A DNA stretch of 64,000 nt from a virus, in the IMG/VR virus record IMGVR_UViG_3300029882_000012, positions 1 to 64,000 of that record, one strand, 5' to 3'. The notes under the pieces were generated by a model. That model saw only the letters and a list, made by a program, of their open reading frames with translations, did no database searches and was not told the DNA's origin. This document shows, piece after piece, positions 34,726-42,927 of this stretch. Positions within the stretch are counted from its first letter, which is position 1. Each line of letters starts with the position of its first letter. The translations under genes and the position numbers were made by a program.

Positions 34726-34847
34726 TTCGTGTTAATTTTTGTGTATTTTTGCATCATTGTGGCGCGAGGCACCAATATTTTTTACTCAAAATCGGGTTGA
34801 GTTCTTTAACCCTTTTCATGATTAAATACGTTTTTGTTTTGATATAA

Positions 34848-34882
34848 GGGCTTCGATAAATTATCGGGGCTTTTATTTTTTA
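34848..34882 (+). terminator. strand-specific (+) intrinsic terminator candidate in a minus-strand operon
   Basis: GGGCTTCGA/TCGGGGCTT pairs well only as + RNA (four G:U become C:A on the minus strand), followed by TTTTATTTTTT. Confidence 0.35.
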
Positions 34883-35224
34883 TATCAAAAGCAAATCAGC
34901 TTCCCTAAAAAACCACATACCACATATCCCCAAATCGACCTTAAATGGCAAATTACTTTCACCGATCGAAACAATGTTACCCTCCAAACCATAAAAACTA
35001 CCCTCTTTAATGATTTTAACCGCCTTGGTTTCGTCAAAATACTTTCTGTCGGTAGTTGTGCCGCTTGTCGGTTTCGATGCCACCACGGGCTTTATTTGGG
35101 GTTCTTTGGCTTCTTTAGCTTTGACTGGTTTTTTAGCCTTGGGTATTATAGTCTTTTTAGTTTTGGTCGGTGCTTTTACGGTGTCTGTTTCCGTAACTAT
35201 CTTTTTGGGTCTTCCTGCTGGCAT
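34880..35224 (-). CDS. AT-hook/histone-H1-like basic protein
   Basis: 'MPAGRPKK...KTKKTIIPKAKKPVKAKEAKEP' tail plus a small C-terminal domain. Confidence 0.5.
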   Translation of the reverse strand: MPAGRPKKIVTETDTVKAPTKTKKTIIPKAKKPVKAKEAKEPQIKPVVASKPTSGTTTDRKYFDETKAVKIIKEGSFYGLEGNIVSIGESNLPFKVDLGICGMWFFREADLLLI

Positions 35225-35230
35225 AGCGTT

Positions 35231-35629
35231 TTAAATTATGTTTTCTAAATTAGCTGTTTGAGCGGCATTGTTGGCTATTGACATCGCTTTATCAATTATG
35301 TGCCAACGATAAGAACGCATTTTATCTAACATGAATGACTTAATTTCTAATTCATCATTTGTATTGTTCATAGCATAATATTTTAATGAATTGAAAATTG
35401 AATCTATCATTTCGGTTTCATAGTGAGATAGCGTTTGCCCGTTTTCTGATTTATGAGTGGCTTCCCATTCTATTAAATCACTTGCGCAATCATAAAGTTC
35501 GTTTCCCCAACTCCTTAGCGTTTCTTCGGGTGGTGTTTTCTCTTTTAAAAACTCTCCTATATGAAGTATTTTGCCATTGATGGTATTTCTCCAAAATCTC
35601 GTTCCCGGTTCTGCTTTTATATTTTTCAT
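35231..35629 (-). CDS. hypothetical protein
   Basis: Track ORF. Confidence 0.55.
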   Translation of the reverse strand: MKNIKAEPGTRFWRNTINGKILHIGEFLKEKTPPEETLRSWGNELYDCASDLIEWEATHKSENGQTLSHYETEMIDSIFNSLKYYAMNNTNDELEIKSFMLDKMRSYRWHIIDKAMSIANNAAQTANLENII

Positions 35630-35830
35630 TTAATCTAATGTTAATTTCCAGTTTTTAGTAGCAAAACCTCTTGCCTTATTAATGGCTTTTTTAGCCCCTA
35701 ATGGTGATTTAAAGTTACCGATATGTTTACCATCACAAACAGTTACAAACGAATTGAAAGTGCCTTTTATCGGTACTGAAAAAAAGTAATCTCCAATATC
35801 GTTTTTGTATGTGTGGGTTTTTAGACTCAT
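35630..35830 (-). CDS. hypothetical protein
   Basis: Track ORF. Confidence 0.5.
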   Translation of the reverse strand: MSLKTHTYKNDIGDYFFSVPIKGTFNSFVTVCDGKHIGNFKSPLGAKKAINKARGFATKNWKLTLD

Positions 35831-36078
35831 TTTTCAGAGTTTTCTATACACTTATCAATAATGATTTCTTGCCATTTAGAAGAAATTAATTCATCTGGTA
35901 CGGTATTTCCGTTTTCATCCTGTATTGATAAAACATCAACTTCCGGCCCACTTCCCGGATGTCCGGGGTCGCCATTTGAATAAGTCCATACTTCTGGCTC
36001 ACCCTCGTAAAATTCATAATCAACCGTTACATTAACAGGCTCATTATTGACTTCTATTTCTAATTCTATTGATTGCAT
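35827..36078 (-). CDS. acidic hypothetical protein
   Basis: ATG at 36078 (track start 36087 is TTG); Glu/Asp-rich. Confidence 0.5.
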   Translation of the reverse strand: MQSIELEIEVNNEPVNVTVDYEFYEGEPEVWTYSNGDPGHPGSGPEVDVLSIQDENGNTVPDELISSKWQEIIIDKCIENSEK

Positions 36079-36083
36079 AATTT

Positions 36084-36254
36084 TCAACTATTTTTAGTTA
36101 CATAATCTGTTAATGCTTCCCTAATCGTATCATCAGGATTGCAAAAGTTCAACAATTTTTCATCACTTATTTGCATGGTGATTTTGTGGTTTCCATCTGT
36201 GTAATTTACAAAGTAGGAACCGAATGTTCGGGTGGTGGTGTTTATGGTTATCAT
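36084..36254 (-). CDS. small hypothetical protein (56 aa)
   Basis: MITINTTTRTFGSYFVNYTDGNHKITMQISDEKLLNFCNPDDTIREALTDYVTKNS; first minus-strand ORF after the divergent region. Confidence 0.4.
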   Translation of the reverse strand: MITINTTTRTFGSYFVNYTDGNHKITMQISDEKLLNFCNPDDTIREALTDYVTKNS

Positions 36255-36354
36255 TTTTTTACGGGTTTAAATTATTTAAGTTGAACAAGGCTTATTTTCA
36301 TTGTTCTTTCGTTTAAAGTTTTGTAAAGGTAAGGGGTTGGAATGATATGTGCAA

Positions 36355-36470
36355 ATAAAAAGTAAAATAAATGTAAAATATATTTATGACCTAATTTACA
36401 TACATAAAAAATAAATTAAAAATAATGTAAAATAAATTTGCAAGTATCAAATATACTCCCTATACTTGTA
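36355..36470. promoter_or_regulatory. divergent AT-rich control region with repeats
   Basis: GTAAAATAAAT twice plus GTAAAATATAT; TAAATTTG box at 36433-36440 (+) followed by inverted repeat CAAGTAT(36441-47)/ATACTTG(36462-68). Confidence 0.4.
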
Positions 36471-36503
36471 TTGTCAATCAAGGCAAATTAAAAAAACGGG
36501 GAA

Positions 36504-36743
36504 ATGGAAACTTCAACAATCAACAACGGCTTAACCGAAATGGAAACTTTAGTAATCAACTATCTTAACGGATGTGATGATTATGATGAAAAACAATACG
36601 CTCACGTTTTGGACATACAGGAAGGAACTAAAATTGAAATGAAATCTTTAAGAGGTGTTTTATCTTCACTTATCCAAAAAGACAAAATTGAATTGCAACA
36701 AGACTTTTTCCGTAGGGGTGACACAATAATCTTTAAACGCTAA
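36504..36743 (+). CDS. hypothetical protein
   Basis: Track ORF with ATG start; first gene of the + cassette. Confidence 0.55.
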   Translation: METSTINNGLTEMETLVINYLNGCDDYDEKQYAHVLDIQEGTKIEMKSLRGVLSSLIQKDKIELQQDFFRRGDTIIFKR

Positions 36744-36751
36744 AAACAAAT

Positions 36752-36773
36752 AGCCCGGTGTAAAAGCCGGGCT
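36752..36773 (+). terminator. hairpin, weak terminator candidate
   Basis: AGCCCGG/CCGGGCT stem with 8-nt loop; poor T-run. Confidence 0.3.
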
Positions 36774-36786
36774 TACTTAAAATATT

Positions 36787-37104
36787 ATGAAATTAACGCT
36801 TACCGCAAAATGGGATGTCAAGGACATAGAATGCGGTTTATATGTAATAAAAAACTCATCAACATTAGGTACTACCGATTTATCCTTTGCTTGTACAGTT
36901 TCTTTTAAAGTCGGGTTCAATGTTGGTGGCGATAAATCATACGGGCTTATAAGTATGTTAACAGATGGCATGTTTATGAAGGTCGGTGATGGCTCAAAAG
37001 AAGCAATAGTAAAATACTTTAATGATGATGATTTTAGGCCATTAAGAAAATCGGAATATATCTCATTAATTAATTCGACAAAGCAGGGTTTTATAGAATA
37101 TTAA
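36787..37104 (+). CDS. hypothetical protein
   Basis: Track ORF with ATG start. Confidence 0.55.
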   Translation: MKLTLTAKWDVKDIECGLYVIKNSSTLGTTDLSFACTVSFKVGFNVGGDKSYGLISMLTDGMFMKVGDGSKEAIVKYFNDDDFRPLRKSEYISLINSTKQGFIEY

Positions 37105-37107
37105 AAC

Positions 37108-37326
37108 GTGTGTAATTGCAATAGAACATCTTCGTTTGATAGTGGCATAGGGATTTATTATTACAAATGTGATAAAAAACCTTTTAAGCAGGTTCAATAT
37201 AAAAGCGCAACGGATGGTGGTATTGTAACAGAATGGCTTTGTAAAACCCACTATAATGCGTTAGTTAAGAATATAAATAGGATCACTTTAAAAACTAAAT
37301 ACAATTTTGAATTAACAACACTCTGA
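37108..37326 (+). CDS. Cys-containing hypothetical protein
   Basis: Track ORF (GTG start); CNC...C...C pattern. Confidence 0.45.
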   Translation: MCNCNRTSSFDSGIGIYYYKCDKKPFKQVQYKSATDGGIVTEWLCKTHYNALVKNINRITLKTKYNFELTTL

Positions 37327-37400
37327 TTTGCCTTGATAAACGTTTCAGGGTCTGTTTTAAGCTGGGTAATACCGGCTTTTGGCAGTAAAGAACAAATAAT

Positions 37401-37592
37401 ATGGCAAGAAGATCAAAATACAAATTCGCATCCCTGGCAGTAAACGACATATTAGTTGTTGAGCCTTTAGATGTTTACGCTATGAAAAATAGCTTACATG
37501 GGTTTAATAAGCGCAATAAAACCAATATCGCATTATCTGATATTGGCGAACCCGATAAGAAAGGTAATTACACCTTTACCCGCATCGCTTAA
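37401..37592 (+). CDS. hypothetical protein
   Basis: Track ORF with ATG start. Confidence 0.5.
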   Translation: MARRSKYKFASLAVNDILVVEPLDVYAMKNSLHGFNKRNKTNIALSDIGEPDKKGNYTFTRIA

Positions 37593-37608
37593 CCAAATAA
37601 CCCCAACC

Positions 37609-37764
37609 ATGGAAACACAGAAAAAGGCTGTCAACCCCCAATCCAAGCAAATCCTTCAATACGACAACCTAGGCAACGTAACAGGTGCATACACTAACCC
37701 CGCTTATGAAGAGTGGGAAAAATTAAACTTAGAAAAAGTAAAAAAAAATGAAATTAAAACTTAA
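37609..37764 (+). CDS. small hypothetical protein (51 aa)
   Basis: ATG at 37609 (METQKKAVNPQ...); the longer track start 37498 overlaps the previous gene. Confidence 0.4.
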   Translation: METQKKAVNPQSKQILQYDNLGNVTGAYTNPAYEEWEKLNLEKVKKNEIKT

Positions 37765-38026
37765 CCTATTTGTAAAGTCTAACGGAAATGTTAGGATAAC
37801 AAAGCGAGATGACGGCGCATATCAAGATGAGATATATTTAAAACTTGAATTGGCATTGCCCGATGCTCTGTTTAAAAGACCCACAATAAATGCAGCGGTT
37901 GATTTAATGGCGGCAGATATTGAACAGTTTATTTTAGATCCCATCATTAAAACAGATTTGCAAAACGCAATTGAAGGTATTGTCGGTGCAGATGTTAAGA
38001 TTACTATTAGCAACCCAGAGCCATGA
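37748..38026 (+). CDS. hypothetical protein
   Basis: Track ORF with ATG start. Confidence 0.5.
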   Translation: MKLKLNLFVKSNGNVRITKRDDGAYQDEIYLKLELALPDALFKRPTINAAVDLMAADIEQFILDPIIKTDLQNAIEGIVGADVKITISNPEP

Positions 38027-38340
38027 CCCGTACCCTAAAAACCATCCTATCAATCCTCGCTGTATGCGGGTTGTTGTATTGTGTAAAATGTCTTAATGAG
38101 CCGCATGAATGGAACGAAACGCAGGCGCATAAAGATAGTTTGTTATGGGTGAAATCGGTTGATAGCGCACGGGTTCAAGATAGCACACATAAGGCAGATA
38201 GCTTATGGGCTGATAGTATTGTTAGCCACGAATTTATATTGCATGATAACGCTGTATTTAATCTTATCACATCCGACACCAAGCACACCTCCTCATGGCT
38301 TATTGGCGGGGATTTGGGGAAAGAAACTTTAACTAAATAA
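38023..38340 (+). CDS. membrane-anchored hypothetical protein
   Basis: N-terminal hydrophobic 'ILSILAVCGLLYCV'; ATGA overlap. Confidence 0.5.
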   Translation: MTRTLKTILSILAVCGLLYCVKCLNEPHEWNETQAHKDSLLWVKSVDSARVQDSTHKADSLWADSIVSHEFILHDNAVFNLITSDTKHTSSWLIGGDLGKETLTK

Positions 38341-38350
38341 ACGATAAAAA

Positions 38351-38572
38351 ATGAAAAATGCAGAGCAGGTATTAGATCACATGATAAGTGAAATGCCTTA
38401 TAAACTATCAAATGAAATTAAACCTTATATTTTAGAGGCTATGCGTATATTTGCCAATGAGGCATGTATTGAACAACGTAAACTATGCCTTGAAAATGTA
38501 TTAGGTATGGATGCCAATTTGGAATACATGCAGGATGATATACTAAAAGCAACTTTAGCAGTAACGCCGTAA
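38351..38572 (+). CDS. hypothetical protein
   Basis: Track ORF with ATG start. Confidence 0.5.
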   Translation: MKNAEQVLDHMISEMPYKLSNEIKPYILEAMRIFANEACIEQRKLCLENVLGMDANLEYMQDDILKATLAVTP

Positions 38573-38626
38573 TTAACCATATCTTTATAAAAACCTTTCG
38601 GCGTATGGGTAGCCGTTAAAAAAAAT

Positions 38627-39106
38627 ATGAGCAATATATTAACAGTAGTAGAGCAATTCATTGAGAAAGAAGTTTCTGCAATTGAAGGAGATTTCACAAA
38701 AGGATTAAGCGCTTTAGTTGGCGTGGCTAAAGAAGCCGATACAATCCTAAACCAGGCAAAGGCGTGGACGCAAAGTTCAGGCGGTCAAGTATTATTAGGC
38801 ATAATTGAGCAAATGCCCGTGGTCGGTGTTTTTGCCGAAGAGGTTGTAAATACAATTTTACCTGATGCGTTAGTGGCCATTGGTGTAATTGAGCAATTCC
38901 CTAACGAAGCAATCACAGATGCTGAAGCGGCAATAGAGGCCGGTATTAAAGCCATATTCGGCAAATCAACATCAGACGAGATAACTTTGGCGTTCAATAG
39001 TATATCAGCATTTATAACTAACAAAATAGCCCCGTTACTTAAAGTAGCAAGCACATTGCAAGCTGCTTTGGCATTGCCACAGGCTGTTTATGCGAGTAGT
39101 AAGTAA
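38627..39106 (+). CDS. Ala-rich hypothetical protein
   Basis: Track ORF with ATG start. Confidence 0.55.
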   Translation: MSNILTVVEQFIEKEVSAIEGDFTKGLSALVGVAKEADTILNQAKAWTQSSGGQVLLGIIEQMPVVGVFAEEVVNTILPDALVAIGVIEQFPNEAITDAEAAIEAGIKAIFGKSTSDEITLAFNSISAFITNKIAPLLKVASTLQAALALPQAVYASSK

Positions 39107-39304
39107 TTGTTTAGCTATGGACTTAACATCCACATTTAGCTAAAGTTTAAAAGATAAAAAAGCAATATGGCGAAATGAGAAAACGCACCCAAAGTATGTG
39201 AGGGAAATATAATCATATAGCTTGCTGCATGACGATGTAAGTGCTGACTTTTTAGGGTTATAAAATTAACCCTATGCAGGTTCAACCCCTGCTATTGCTT
39301 TTTC

Positions 39305-39340
39305 AAACAGCCATATCAAACGGTATGGCTGTTTATTAAA
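39305..39340 (+). terminator. Rho-independent terminator candidate
   Basis: 11-bp stem AAACAGCCATA/TATGGCTGTTT with 8-nt loop, then ATTAAAAAATT. Confidence 0.5.
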
Positions 39341-39350
39341 AAATTAAGAT

Positions 39351-39527
39351 ATGGAAAGAGTAACCGAACAAAAGAAAGCGTGTTTATGGATGATACATCA
39401 CTATATGGACTTAGCAGAGCAATCCTGGGACTTATACGATAACTTAGAAGATTATTATTTAGTATATGACCATTATATGGTTGCAGTTGATTTTTGGGAA
39501 GCTAAATTAGAATTACTTTGCGAATGA
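39351..39527 (+). CDS. small hypothetical protein (58 aa)
   Basis: MERVTEQKKACLWMIHHYMDLAEQSWDLYDN...; ATGA overlap with the HNH gene. Confidence 0.4.
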   Translation: MERVTEQKKACLWMIHHYMDLAEQSWDLYDNLEDYYLVYDHYMVAVDFWEAKLELLCE

Positions 39528-39877
39528 AATTAACAGGATATTCGAGTGCAAAAAAGGGCAGAAGGTTTAAGACGCAAATTCAGCCTAAAATAGAGATTGA
39601 ATATAAATGCTGTTATTGCGAAACAGCATTAAATAAAGGCAACATCAGTAAAGAACATTTTTGGCCTAAAAGGTTAGGCGGTAAAGGGAAGTCATTTAAT
39701 CACGAAAATATACACCCATGTTGTAATATTTGCAATCAAGAGAAAGGCGGTGATACCCCTTTGGATTATATTAAATACCTATATTCTCAAATTGGTAAAG
39801 TTGATGGTATATTATTAGCTACTAAAATTAATAATGTTCAAAATATTTGCGGTGTTGTTTATGAGAAGATTCGTTAA
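39524..39877 (+). CDS. HNH endonuclease
   Basis: 'CCYCETAL...SKEHFWPKRLGG...NIHPCCNICNQEKG'. Confidence 0.8.
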   Translation: MKLTGYSSAKKGRRFKTQIQPKIEIEYKCCYCETALNKGNISKEHFWPKRLGGKGKSFNHENIHPCCNICNQEKGGDTPLDYIKYLYSQIGKVDGILLATKINNVQNICGVVYEKIR

Positions 39878-40151
39878 GGCGCAACAGGTGGATTATTAAC
39901 CACAGTAGTATTATCACCAGTAACAGGAGTCGTATTATCAGGTTTTTTAGCAGTAGTACTACCTCCAAAATAAACGCCAAATATACCACCAAGTATAGTT
40001 CCACCCAAAAGACCTATTATAAGCGTCAGGATCTCTTTTTGAGAGCCCCACATATAAAGTATGTACGCAAGCATCGCAATTGCACCTACGCTCCAAATAT
40101 AGGCTAAGTTAGCCCTTGTTTTGGTATCTGTTATATTTGTTTCGTCTGCCA
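39874..40151 (-). CDS. two-TM membrane protein with Pro-rich tail (holin-like candidate)
   Basis: ATG at 40151 (MADETN...); 'LAYIWSVGAIAMLAYILYMW' and 'LTLIIGLLGGTILGGIFGVYF'. Confidence 0.45.
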
Positions 40152-40237
40152 TAACCAAATATACAAATAATCGATAAATAAAAAAGCCACTACATAAATG
40201 CAATGGCTAATAACCGCATAAGGTAATGCGACTCAAC

Positions 40238-40534
40238 TTACGGGTTAGTAATTGTAAAAGTGTACTTTCCTACACCTTGAATCCTATAAACTATCGGGTG
40301 TTGTTCACTTACATAGTCTACGTACCCATCAGGACCGTTGATTTTACACTCTTGTTTTAAATAGATTGTATCTCTTACAATGATAGGCTTCCTTGAATTT
40401 GAAAAGTAGTCACCCGATACATTAGCTACTAAACAAATTAATAATAACACTGAAATTATAAAATACGTGCATGTCCAAATATCTTTCCATACTTGTTTAG
40501 CATTAACATAACACTTTGCTTCTGAATATTTCAT
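40238..40534 (-). CDS. N-terminally membrane-anchored protein
   Basis: 'TYFIISVLLLICLVANV' single TM. Confidence 0.45.
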   Translation of the reverse strand: MKYSEAKCYVNAKQVWKDIWTCTYFIISVLLLICLVANVSGDYFSNSRKPIIVRDTIYLKQECKINGPDGYVDYVSEQHPIVYRIQGVGKYTFTITNP

Positions 40535-40571
40535 AATGTCGCATTTTACATTCGGCTGAATTACCGATAAA

Positions 40572-40603
40572 CAAACCTAACTATTTTCCGGCAAATAAAC
40601 AAA
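40572..40603 (-). promoter_or_regulatory. Bacteroidota-type promoter TTTG-N20-TAGGTTTG
   Basis: Minus strand: TTTG(40603-40600), 20 nt, TAGGTTTG(40579-40572), about 38 nt before the ATG at 40534. Confidence 0.4.
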
Positions 40604-40643
40604 AAAAAGTCCCTAAAGCAGTTCTTATGGTATGCAGTAGGGA
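40601..40643 (-). terminator. Rho-independent terminator
   Basis: Minus RNA: TCCCTA-CT-GCA ... TGC-TT-TAGGGA stem followed by C + U8. Confidence 0.6.
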
Positions 40644-40750
40644 TCGTTTTTGCCCAGCCTTTACAGTTTAGCGACTGTTGCTACAAGCGTGAATACAAAT
40701 ATATAAAAAATGCAATAATCTATGCATATGCGAGATGATATGTATAGATT

Positions 40751-40906
40751 TTACGGAATTATATTACTCGCATTATAGTTAGTCGACGTTTCATCCCAGC
40801 CGTCTAACCAGTCTTTATGTTGTTGCGTGCCTTTAGGATATGGGCAACTCCCACGACCTTTGTTTTCGTTAAAGGCGGCTTGTCCTTCGGTGTATTCCTT
40901 GCTCAT
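40751..40906 (-). CDS. Rmf/CrpP-fold small protein (51 aa)
   Basis: MSKEYTEGQAAFNENKGRGSCPYPKGTQQHKDWLDGWDETS...; aligns with the E. coli RMF core G-x-Q-A-G...CPY...W-L-G-G-W-x-E; ATGA overlap with the endolysin. Confidence 0.5.
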   Translation of the reverse strand: MSKEYTEGQAAFNENKGRGSCPYPKGTQQHKDWLDGWDETSTNYNASNIIP

Positions 40907-41361
40907 GATAAATATAAGTTAAGTTCTTTAGTCCTGCGTGCTAATAAATCGGTATTAATTTTACCTCCCGCGTGAGACCAGGCAAGCCAAGCCTCTTTTA
41001 ACGGTAGTCCAATAACCGAAGCATTTACCAACCTATGCACCGTAGAGCCTTTAAACCCACCCGCTCCTATGTTATAGGTCAAGCTAACAAGGGCATTAAA
41101 TTGATTTTGCGTTAAGTCGTCCCTGGTTGTTGAGTATACGGCTAATTCAAATGGTTTTAGCAATTGCAGAAACATACTATCAGCTTGTGCCTGTGTAATT
41201 GGTGGGTCTTGCATGGTTACTTTTTTGCCAGTCGATGGATAATAGGTCATACCATAGCCCAGAGTTGGAATACCAACTTGATCTTTGTATGGATGAAGTA
41301 TGCACCCCTCAAAGCCCTCAATTAACTTTAACCCTGCTTCGTCTATGCTTGTAATTTCCAT
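40903..41361 (-). CDS. GH24 (T4-type) lysozyme / endolysin
   Basis: 'GLKLIEGFEGCILHPYKDQVGIPTLGYG' with the catalytic E/D/T pattern. Confidence 0.85.
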   Translation of the reverse strand: MEITSIDEAGLKLIEGFEGCILHPYKDQVGIPTLGYGMTYYPSTGKKVTMQDPPITQAQADSMFLQLLKPFELAVYSTTRDDLTQNQFNALVSLTYNIGAGGFKGSTVHRLVNASVIGLPLKEAWLAWSHAGGKINTDLLARRTKELNLYLS

Positions 41362-41852
41362 GTCTGTTTTCTTTTTACCCTACCGATTGTTTCGGCGCAA
41401 ACACCGTAATCGTTAGCTATTAACATATAACTTCTTTTATCAGCTAATATATTAATAATATCCGACTCTTTAAATTTTGTGTTGTGATGTTGCTCACCAT
41501 AACTAATTGGAGGCTTTGAGTTTCTATTTTTACTTATACAATCTTGTATATTTTCTAATTGAGTGCCTGTTGATAAATGATAGGGGTTAACACATTTTGG
41601 ATTGTCGCATGAGTGAAGTAAATTGTCTTGATCATTCATAGCACACCCTATGTGTAATGAATAAGATAGTCTATGTGCTTTTATAATAACTCCCCTGCCT
41701 GAAAATAAATGTCCATAACCGTGCTCATTGTGTTGCTTTGAGTTCCACTCCCAACAATCATGATTGCTTAGTTTATTAGTATATTTCCAAAATCTAATTG
41801 TTATATTATTTAACCGTTTTTTGTCATTAAATAAATCTGCCATTTTACCCAT
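41343..41852 (-). CDS. HNH homing endonuclease
   Basis: 'CWEWNS...GYGHL...AHRLSY...LLHSCDNPKCVNPYHL' HNH_3-type; first ATG at 41852. Confidence 0.75.
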   Translation of the reverse strand: MGKMADLFNDKKRLNNITIRFWKYTNKLSNHDCWEWNSKQHNEHGYGHLFSGRGVIIKAHRLSYSLHIGCAMNDQDNLLHSCDNPKCVNPYHLSTGTQLENIQDCISKNRNSKPPISYGEQHHNTKFKESDIINILADKRSYMLIANDYGVCAETIGRVKRKQTWKLQA

Positions 41853-41968
41853 ACTCAAATATACTACAATTGGTTTAGAATGACAAAATTTACATTTTAT
41901 TTCCTAAAATCAAAAAAGATGTTTAGGTTTGTGGTGTGGCAATAGTGCCATGTAAGCAACCACACTTC

Positions 41969-42865
41969 ATGAAAGAATTTAAAAAATACCAACATCTTGA
42001 GAGATTTGGTACAGACGAAGTCCTGAATATCCATTTAGGCGAAACTTACATTTTTCCTAAAATAGACGGTACAAATGCATCGCTTTGGTGGGATGACGGA
42101 TTGCAAGCTGGATCTCGAACAAGGCAATTAAGTTTAGAAAGTGATAATGCCGGGTTTTACGAATGGGCATTACAGCAAGAGTGCTTTACAAAACTATTTT
42201 CAATATACCCCGATTTTGTATTATATGGTGAGTGGCTTGTGCCTCACTCATTAAAAACCTATCGCAAAGATGCATGGCGTAACTTTTACGTATTTGATGT
42301 AATGGATTATACTTTGGAAATGTATTTACCTTATAATTCATATCAACATATTTTAAATGATATTGGCATCGAATACATACCACCATTATCAATCTGCCAA
42401 AACGGAGACTACGAACGATTCGTAAAGCACTTAGAGGGTAATAATTATCTCATCGAAGATGGGAAAGGTAACGGTGAAGGAATTGTAATTAAAAACTATT
42501 CATTTCAAAACAAGTACGGGCGAACAACATGGGCTAAAATTGTTACTTCAGAATTTAGGGAGAAACACGCTAAAGAAATGGGTGCGCCTAATGCTAACAT
42601 GAAGTCTCCTATTGAACATTTAATAGTTGATGAATATGTAACAGAAGCCTTATGCGAAAAAGTATTAGAAAAGATACGTTTAGATAACGATGGATTTTCA
42701 AGTAAGAACATCCCACAATTGCTAAATACCGTATACCATGATTTAGTTACTGAAGATACGTGGCACTTTGTAAAAAAGCATAAAAATCCGACTATTGATT
42801 TTTCAGCTTTACAGCATTTAACATATATAAAGATTAAATCTAATTTACCTATGATATTTGGTTAG
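41969..42865 (+). CDS. ATP-dependent RNA ligase (Rnl2/PF09414-like nucleotidyltransferase)
   Basis: Motif I 'PKIDGTN', motif IV 'GEGIVIK', 'WAKIV'; ATG at 41969 (track start 41936 is GTG). Confidence 0.7.
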   Translation: MKEFKKYQHLERFGTDEVLNIHLGETYIFPKIDGTNASLWWDDGLQAGSRTRQLSLESDNAGFYEWALQQECFTKLFSIYPDFVLYGEWLVPHSLKTYRKDAWRNFYVFDVMDYTLEMYLPYNSYQHILNDIGIEYIPPLSICQNGDYERFVKHLEGNNYLIEDGKGNGEGIVIKNYSFQNKYGRTTWAKIVTSEFREKHAKEMGAPNANMKSPIEHLIVDEYVTEALCEKVLEKIRLDNDGFSSKNIPQLLNTVYHDLVTEDTWHFVKKHKNPTIDFSALQHLTYIKIKSNLPMIFG

Positions 42866-42895
42866 GCACGTGGTTGCGCCAACACCTGTAAATTT

Positions 42896-42927
42896 AGCCC
42901 CGTCTATTCAATAGCGGGGCTTTTTTA
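42896..42927 (+). terminator. Rho-independent terminator
   Basis: AGCCCCG/CGGGGCT stem followed by TTTTTT. Confidence 0.7.

Noticed and set aside
37498-37764. 88-aa version of the ORF starting at 37498
   Set aside because: It would overlap the preceding gene by 95 nt. An ATG at 37609, 17 nt after that gene's stop, gives a cleaner 51-aa gene.
39161-39300. tRNA-like signal: GCAGG-TTCAACC-CCTGC (a T-arm look-alike) followed by TATTGCT, with AGCAATA 125 nt upstream
   Set aside because: No cloverleaf can be drawn. The preceding hairpin AGGGTTA/TAACCCT has a 6-nt loop, not a 7-nt anticodon loop. There is no D-arm, and the putative acceptor halves are about 135 nt apart. These are probably stacked terminator hairpins after the plus-strand cassette. 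I found no canonical tRNA anywhere in the window.
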